A stretch of DNA of 30,149 nucleotides from a virus. Lineage: Duplodnaviria; Caudoviricetes. The stretch lies in IMG/VR virus record IMGVR_UViG_3300047557_004385, positions 1-30,149 of that record; one strand, written 5' to 3'. The position numbers and the translations under genes were made by a program. Of the stretch, positions 26,458 to 30,149 are shown one piece after another. Below the pieces are notes generated by a model, which was given only the letters and a program-made list of their open reading frames with translations, ran no database searches and was not told where the DNA came from. Positions within the stretch are counted from its first letter, which is position 1. The number at the start of each line of letters is the position of its first letter.

Positions 26458-28308
26458 TTACACGTCAAAGCCAAAGTTGCGCAGAACCATCTGCGGGTCT
26501 CGTCCTTCAATTGTAGCCCGACGTAACACTTCGCTTAAAGCAAGACTTTCTTTTGTGCGGCCACGTTGAGCAACAATATTTTGAGCTAGTTGCATGCGTG
26601 TTTTGGATAAAGGTGTTTTACCCTCACCTTCAATTAATTTTTGAATAGTTGGCGTAGAAAGCTGTTCAAAACCTGTATTTATAGGCATCTGTTTTTTCTG
26701 TAGCCAACTAGGAACATAAGTAGGTTGCCTTGAAGAAGCAAGAGAATATTCACCGGTAAATTTACTAACGGCGCCAGGGACATAACCGGGTTCGATGCCG
26801 TAGACACCAATACCTGCAGAGCCGCCCGGACGTTCTTCTTGAACTGGACGATCTAATACACTATAAACAATTTCTTGTTTAGAAAGTTGTTCTGGTTCTG
26901 CTTGAGGCTGAGGGCCGCCTCGAAGACGTAAAGCGCCCGGTAAATCAGGCATATCTTCATCCAATGCACCTGTTACTAAAGGATCTGCCGTGCCGAAAAT
27001 TTGACGAGTGCGATTGATGGGCAAAGCTTCATAAGCGGAAGGTGAAGCTCCCCTAATCGCTGTGCCTGCTGCGGTAGATGTAATTTTTGCTTCAGGGCCA
27101 ATATTGATGACTGTCCTTTCGGGAATAAAGCCCATGGGACCAGCACCTGCACTTTCTGCTTCAACAGCTTTACGTACTGCTGAAGGCAATGATATATCTA
27201 TTTTATTTAATTCTTGCAAGCGTTTAAATTCAGGCGTTCCAGGAGAAACTCCTGGTATTGATTTGGTTGTCCAGCTTTGAGCAAGAGCGTTTTCAAAACG
27301 TTGAACTTGCCCCTGTTGCAAAGCATTTGAATACCTAGAAACCATTCGGTTGTATTTATCCGGATTTGTTTCTGGAGTAATACCTTTACTGATTAATTTA
27401 TTTGCAAAGCTGTTTAAAAATTGAGGCGCTAAATTTTGGCGCAATGCAACCATTTCTTCGGTTGCTAAATCAGCTAGCTCTTGAGAAGATAGAGAACTAG
27501 TGCCTTCGGCTTGGTCAAAAGGAATACCGTCAGGCATTTGTGCAGCGGCCATATTAATTGGCTCGTCTTGCTCCATACCTGCAATACGATTTTGTTCTGC
27601 TATTTCTTCAAGCAACTCAACTTGACTCAAGTCGTATTGTTCATTGCGTTGAAGTTGGGCTTTCATTCGCCCGGTTTGTTGATCTTCACCTGATTCAACA
27701 GCGTTAACAAACTGACTACGCTGAAGAGGTTCAGTGGCATCCTGTACATCAGTCAATGTGATGCTTGGTTTCTGCAGTTCGGACAGAAGTTCGTCTGCAC
27801 TGCGCTCCAGGCGCTTACCATACGCTGCTTCCATGCGACCAGTGACTTCTTTGCCACGTGCAACACGCATTTCTTGCAGTTCTTCCAGGAGGCGATCCGT
27901 TGGATCTACTGGGACTGCGTTCTCAGTTGTAGTAAGAGCTGGAGCAGAGGGAGAAACTACCTTAGATGCTTTGACGGTAGGGGCAGTAATCTCTACAATG
28001 CGCCGAACTGTGTTTAAATCCTGCTGAACAACACCAGCGTTTGCGGCACGGGTGGGAGCTTTAGGAATTTCTTGGCGGCCACGTAGAAAACGACGGCCTG
28101 CAAGTCCAGCACCAAGGGCAGCAGCCCCGGCAAGAGCTACAGCACCCAAGGTTTGGAGCGCATTTCCCTCATTAGAAGGTGCTTTGAGCTGATTACGGCG
28201 GAATTCCAGGACTTCAGGCGCCATTAACGCCCGTTCTTCCGGATCTTCGGGGACTGGAGCCCCAGTGGCGCGGCTATAAGCGTAAAAATCCGCCGGAGAA
28301 ATAGCCAT
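26458..28308 (-). CDS. 616-aa hypothetical protein, first gene of the minus-strand module
   Basis: Long ORF with one hydrophobic segment near the N-terminus. Confidence 0.75.
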   Translation of the reverse strand: MAISPADFYAYSRATGAPVPEDPEERALMAPEVLEFRRNQLKAPSNEGNALQTLGAVALAGAAALGAGLAGRRFLRGRQEIPKAPTRAANAGVVQQDLNTVRRIVEITAPTVKASKVVSPSAPALTTTENAVPVDPTDRLLEELQEMRVARGKEVTGRMEAAYGKRLERSADELLSELQKPSITLTDVQDATEPLQRSQFVNAVESGEDQQTGRMKAQLQRNEQYDLSQVELLEEIAEQNRIAGMEQDEPINMAAAQMPDGIPFDQAEGTSSLSSQELADLATEEMVALRQNLAPQFLNSFANKLISKGITPETNPDKYNRMVSRYSNALQQGQVQRFENALAQSWTTKSIPGVSPGTPEFKRLQELNKIDISLPSAVRKAVEAESAGAGPMGFIPERTVINIGPEAKITSTAAGTAIRGASPSAYEALPINRTRQIFGTADPLVTGALDEDMPDLPGALRLRGGPQPQAEPEQLSKQEIVYSVLDRPVQEERPGGSAGIGVYGIEPGYVPGAVSKFTGEYSLASSRQPTYVPSWLQKKQMPINTGFEQLSTPTIQKLIEGEGKTPLSKTRMQLAQNIVAQRGRTKESLALSEVLRRATIEGRDPQMVLRNFGFDV

Positions 28309-28410
28309 TTGAAGGTATTGTTATACTTTTAAGCTTGTTTATATTCTATAAGGGAGACATCCTGGGGATAAAGGGTTTATATTTAAGTGAAAAGGTTTAA
28401 ATCACATCAA

Positions 28411-28626
28411 ATGGACGCAGGTACACGCCAAAAACGTGTGGAAGCACTAGAAGCCATCAAGAATAAAGCGATGGAGATGGCAATTGAAGGCAAAGATTCC
28501 CTTGATGTACGCAATTTTGTAAAAGAAGCCAAGACAACATTGGCATATGAGCTTCCAGATGAGGAAGCATTTGCCAAAGCGGCAAAAGCAACAATGGATT
28601 ACAAGCGTAAAAAAGAAGGTTATTAA
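28411..28626 (+). CDS. Small helical protein
   Basis: MDAGTRQKRVEALEAIKNK...; extended -10 TGTTATACT at 28319-28327; followed by a terminator. Confidence 0.75.
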   Translation: MDAGTRQKRVEALEAIKNKAMEMAIEGKDSLDVRNFVKEAKTTLAYELPDEEAFAKAAKATMDYKRKKEGY

Positions 28627-28657
28627 TATTTAAAATTACAAAACAAACTTTTGGTAG

Positions 28658-28684
28658 GCCGGGGATAGAACCCCCGGCTTTTTT
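28658..28684 (+). terminator. Intrinsic terminator
   Basis: GCCGGGG-ATAGAAC-CCCCGGC-TTTTTT. Confidence 0.9.
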
Positions 28685-28873
28685 GTGTAATTTTTTGGGC
28701 TAATTGGGGAAAATAATTACAAAAATCACTTTTAATTCTCGGTTTTTATATTGAAGGGCCCTTATATAGGCAAATAGGGAACAAAATTTCCTGACTGTTC
28801 TCCCAACACCTAGCCGAATGTGATTATGGGTAGAAAAAAAGAAAGGTGGAGGGGGTACCAAATTTAGTGCGTG

Positions 28874-28915
28874 GCCTGCTTCGATGAGAGGGAGGCGAGT
28901 AAGCCTGCTTCGATG
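28874..28915. repeat. 13-bp direct repeat, two copies
   Basis: GCCTGCTTCGATG at 28874 and 28903. Confidence 0.85.
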
Positions 28916-28967
28916 CGGAGTTTAGCATGCACCAACCTTGGGGGAAACCTAACACCTTCGTTGTATG

Positions 28968-29014
28968 GATACGGGATCGTATCTTTGCCTATTAAATGAT
29001 ACGAATTCGTATCA
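28968..29014. promoter_or_regulatory. Two operator-like palindromes GATACG-N4-CGTATC
   Basis: GATACGGGATCGTATC (28968-28983) and the perfect 18-bp TGATACGAATTCGTATCA (28997-29014). Confidence 0.6.
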
Positions 29015-29151
29015 AACTTAGCCCATAATCACGTATATTATCGCGCTTGGTTGGGGAAAGATTAGGGTGTGCTAAAGGGTCAGATAGAACTGTATTGAAT
29101 TAACGGGGGCTGCGCATCCGTAACACGCAGACATTCCACTGCATTAGAACC

Positions 29152-29307
29152 ATGGATCAACTTCTTGCTCAACTTGAAACTGCTCAGCGTGAACGCGATG
29201 AAGCAGTCGGTGAACTAGATCAACACAATGCTCAACGTAAGGTTGAGTGGTTGTTGTTCTGTATGGATGTTTACAAGCAGAGACATTATTTCGGTGATAT
29301 GCGCTGA
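29152..29307 (+). CDS. Small early-type protein, 51 aa (not in track)
   Basis: MDQLLAQLETAQRERDEAVGELDQHNAQRKVEWLLFCMDVYKQRHYFGDMR. Confidence 0.7.
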   Translation: MDQLLAQLETAQRERDEAVGELDQHNAQRKVEWLLFCMDVYKQRHYFGDMR

Positions 29308-29371
29308 GTACTAGGCGTGATGCCGGGGGATCGAATCCCCCACTCAGTATTGCCCACAGCGGAGATGGGCA
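29303..29371 (+). ncRNA. tRNA-like junction plus hairpin module 1
   Basis: GCTGAGT/ACTCAGT encloses GGC..GCC and GGGGGA-TCGAA-TCCCCC; then ATTGCCCA..TGGGCA. Confidence 0.6.
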
Positions 29372-29394
29372 CCGCACGCAACTCAACTCAGATC

Positions 29395-29574
29395 ATGACC
29401 AAGGAACTCGCTGTCGAGACCAAGGAAGCTGTGTACTTCTTCTTCATCTATCCCCAGATGAATGTTGCGCATGTAACCAAGTTGGTCCGTAAGGATGCAG
29501 ATGGTTACGATCAAAGCACCAGTCTCACGGTAGCTGGTGCACGCAAACTGTACAAGCGACTGGTTACTGCCTGA
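29395..29574 (+). CDS. Small early-type protein, 59 aa
   Basis: MTKELAVETKEAVYFFFIYP...ARKLYKRLVTA, with ATG just after module 1. Confidence 0.7.
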   Translation: MTKELAVETKEAVYFFFIYPQMNVAHVTKLVRKDADGYDQSTSLTVAGARKLYKRLVTA

Positions 29575-29578
29575 CTAC

Positions 29579-29650
29579 AACTGATCCGTCAAAGCGGGAG
29601 AGGGAGTGCAATCCTCCCTCCAGTTATTGCCACACACTGAGTGTGGCTCA
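29579..29650 (+). ncRNA. tRNA-like junction plus hairpin module 2
   Basis: AACTG/CAGTT encloses CCG-TCAAAG-CGG and GAGGGAG-TGCAATC-CTCCCTC; then ATT-GCCACAC-ACTGA-GTGTGGC. Confidence 0.65.
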
Positions 29651-29659
29651 TTCCAAATC

Positions 29660-29842
29660 ATGCGTACTTTCTTTCTATCCTTCAGCACTGCAATGACTGC
29701 TGGCATGATGCTTATTGCTCCAACCATTGCTCATCACTTGCATGAGGCAACTCTCAAGCAATGTGTAATGCATGACTGGCCAGCGCACCAGGCTGAAGCA
29801 CACCTCAAGTTCTGCGCTGATTACGTCAAGCAGAACGGCTAA
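29660..29842 (+). CDS. Small membrane-anchored cyanophage-type protein, 60 aa
   Basis: Hydrophobic N-terminus followed by QCVMHDWPAHQAEAHLKFC. Confidence 0.7.
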   Translation: MRTFFLSFSTAMTAGMMLIAPTIAHHLHEATLKQCVMHDWPAHQAEAHLKFCADYVKQNG

Positions 29843-29908
29843 TTCGTTCAAGCGAGTGGCAGGGTGCAAACCCCTGCCTAGCTATTGCCACACACTGAGT
29901 GTGGCTCA
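29837..29908 (+). ncRNA. tRNA-like junction plus hairpin module 3
   Basis: GGCTA/TAGCT encloses ATTCG-TTCAAG-CGAGT and GGCAGGG-TGCAAAC-CCCTGCC; then the same 26-nt hairpin segment as module 2. Confidence 0.65.
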
Positions 29909-29917
29909 ACTCAACTC

Positions 29918-30085
29918 ATGTTACGTCAGCGTTTATCCCAGGCTCTTGCCATTGCTGCCGTTAAGGTAGCTGAGAGCAAGAAGCCTGATGAGATCAAAGC
30001 TCAACTCAAGCAGCGCAAACAGGCATTGATCACTGAGGTCAATGGCTATCGCGCTGCTATCGCCAACATCATTTCACCTAACTGA
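29918..30085 (+). CDS. Small early-type protein, 55 aa
   Basis: MLRQRLSQALAIAAVKVAESKKPDEIK..., with ATG just after module 3. Confidence 0.7.
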   Translation: MLRQRLSQALAIAAVKVAESKKPDEIKAQLKQRKQALITEVNGYRAAIANIISPN

Positions 30086-30087
30086 CC

Positions 30088-30149
30088 ATGTTTATCTATC
30101 AACCCACCATTTCATCCACCGACCGTGTCGCTTGGTATGGTGGTGAATC
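30088..30149 (+). CDS. Partial ORF running off the window
   Basis: MFIYQPTISSTDRVAWYGGE..., starting 2 nt after the previous stop. Confidence 0.5.
   Translation, partial: MFIYQPTISSTDRVAWYGGE

Noticed and set aside
28968-29014. NtcA binding sites
   Set aside because: NtcA consensus is GTA-N8-TAC; these palindromes have the opposite arrangement (TAC-N6-GTA).
29303-29348. Possible tRNA gene (GGATCGAATCC T-arm-like)
   Set aside because: Only about 46 nt, with no anticodon arm and no CCA. Treated as a tRNA-like module instead.
29625-29908. CRISPR array from the 26-nt palindromic repeat
   Set aside because: Only two identical copies, 258 nt apart with an ORF between them, and no cas genes.
29317-29917. 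ORF-track upstream starts at 29317, 29606 and 29885
   Set aside because: These extensions run through the structured RNA modules. The ATGs at 29395, 29660 and 29918 follow the shared leaders.

Overview
This is a 30 kb piece of a tailed dsDNA phage genome, probably a phage of picocyanobacteria (tentatively S-EIV1-like; inferred from gene families, not searched). About 28 kb is a minus-strand morphogenesis module containing putative internal virion proteins, terminase large subunit, portal, scaffold, major capsid protein (MCP), a second capsid-associated protein, an HhH protein, muralytic enzymes and HNH nucleases. After a non-coding strand switch at about 28.6-29.15 kb, a plus-strand cluster of tiny, probably early, genes begins. 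Four features stand out. (1) An 824-nt group I intron splits the MCP after codon 4 and carries an HNH homing endonuclease in antisense orientation in the P1 loop, with its own promoter. (2) Three tRNA-like three-way-junction plus hairpin RNA modules separate the small early genes like cassette boundaries. (3) An M23 peptidase appears to be circularly permuted. (4) Portal and scaffold overlap by about 200 codons on the same strand. Product calls come from motif recognition only.
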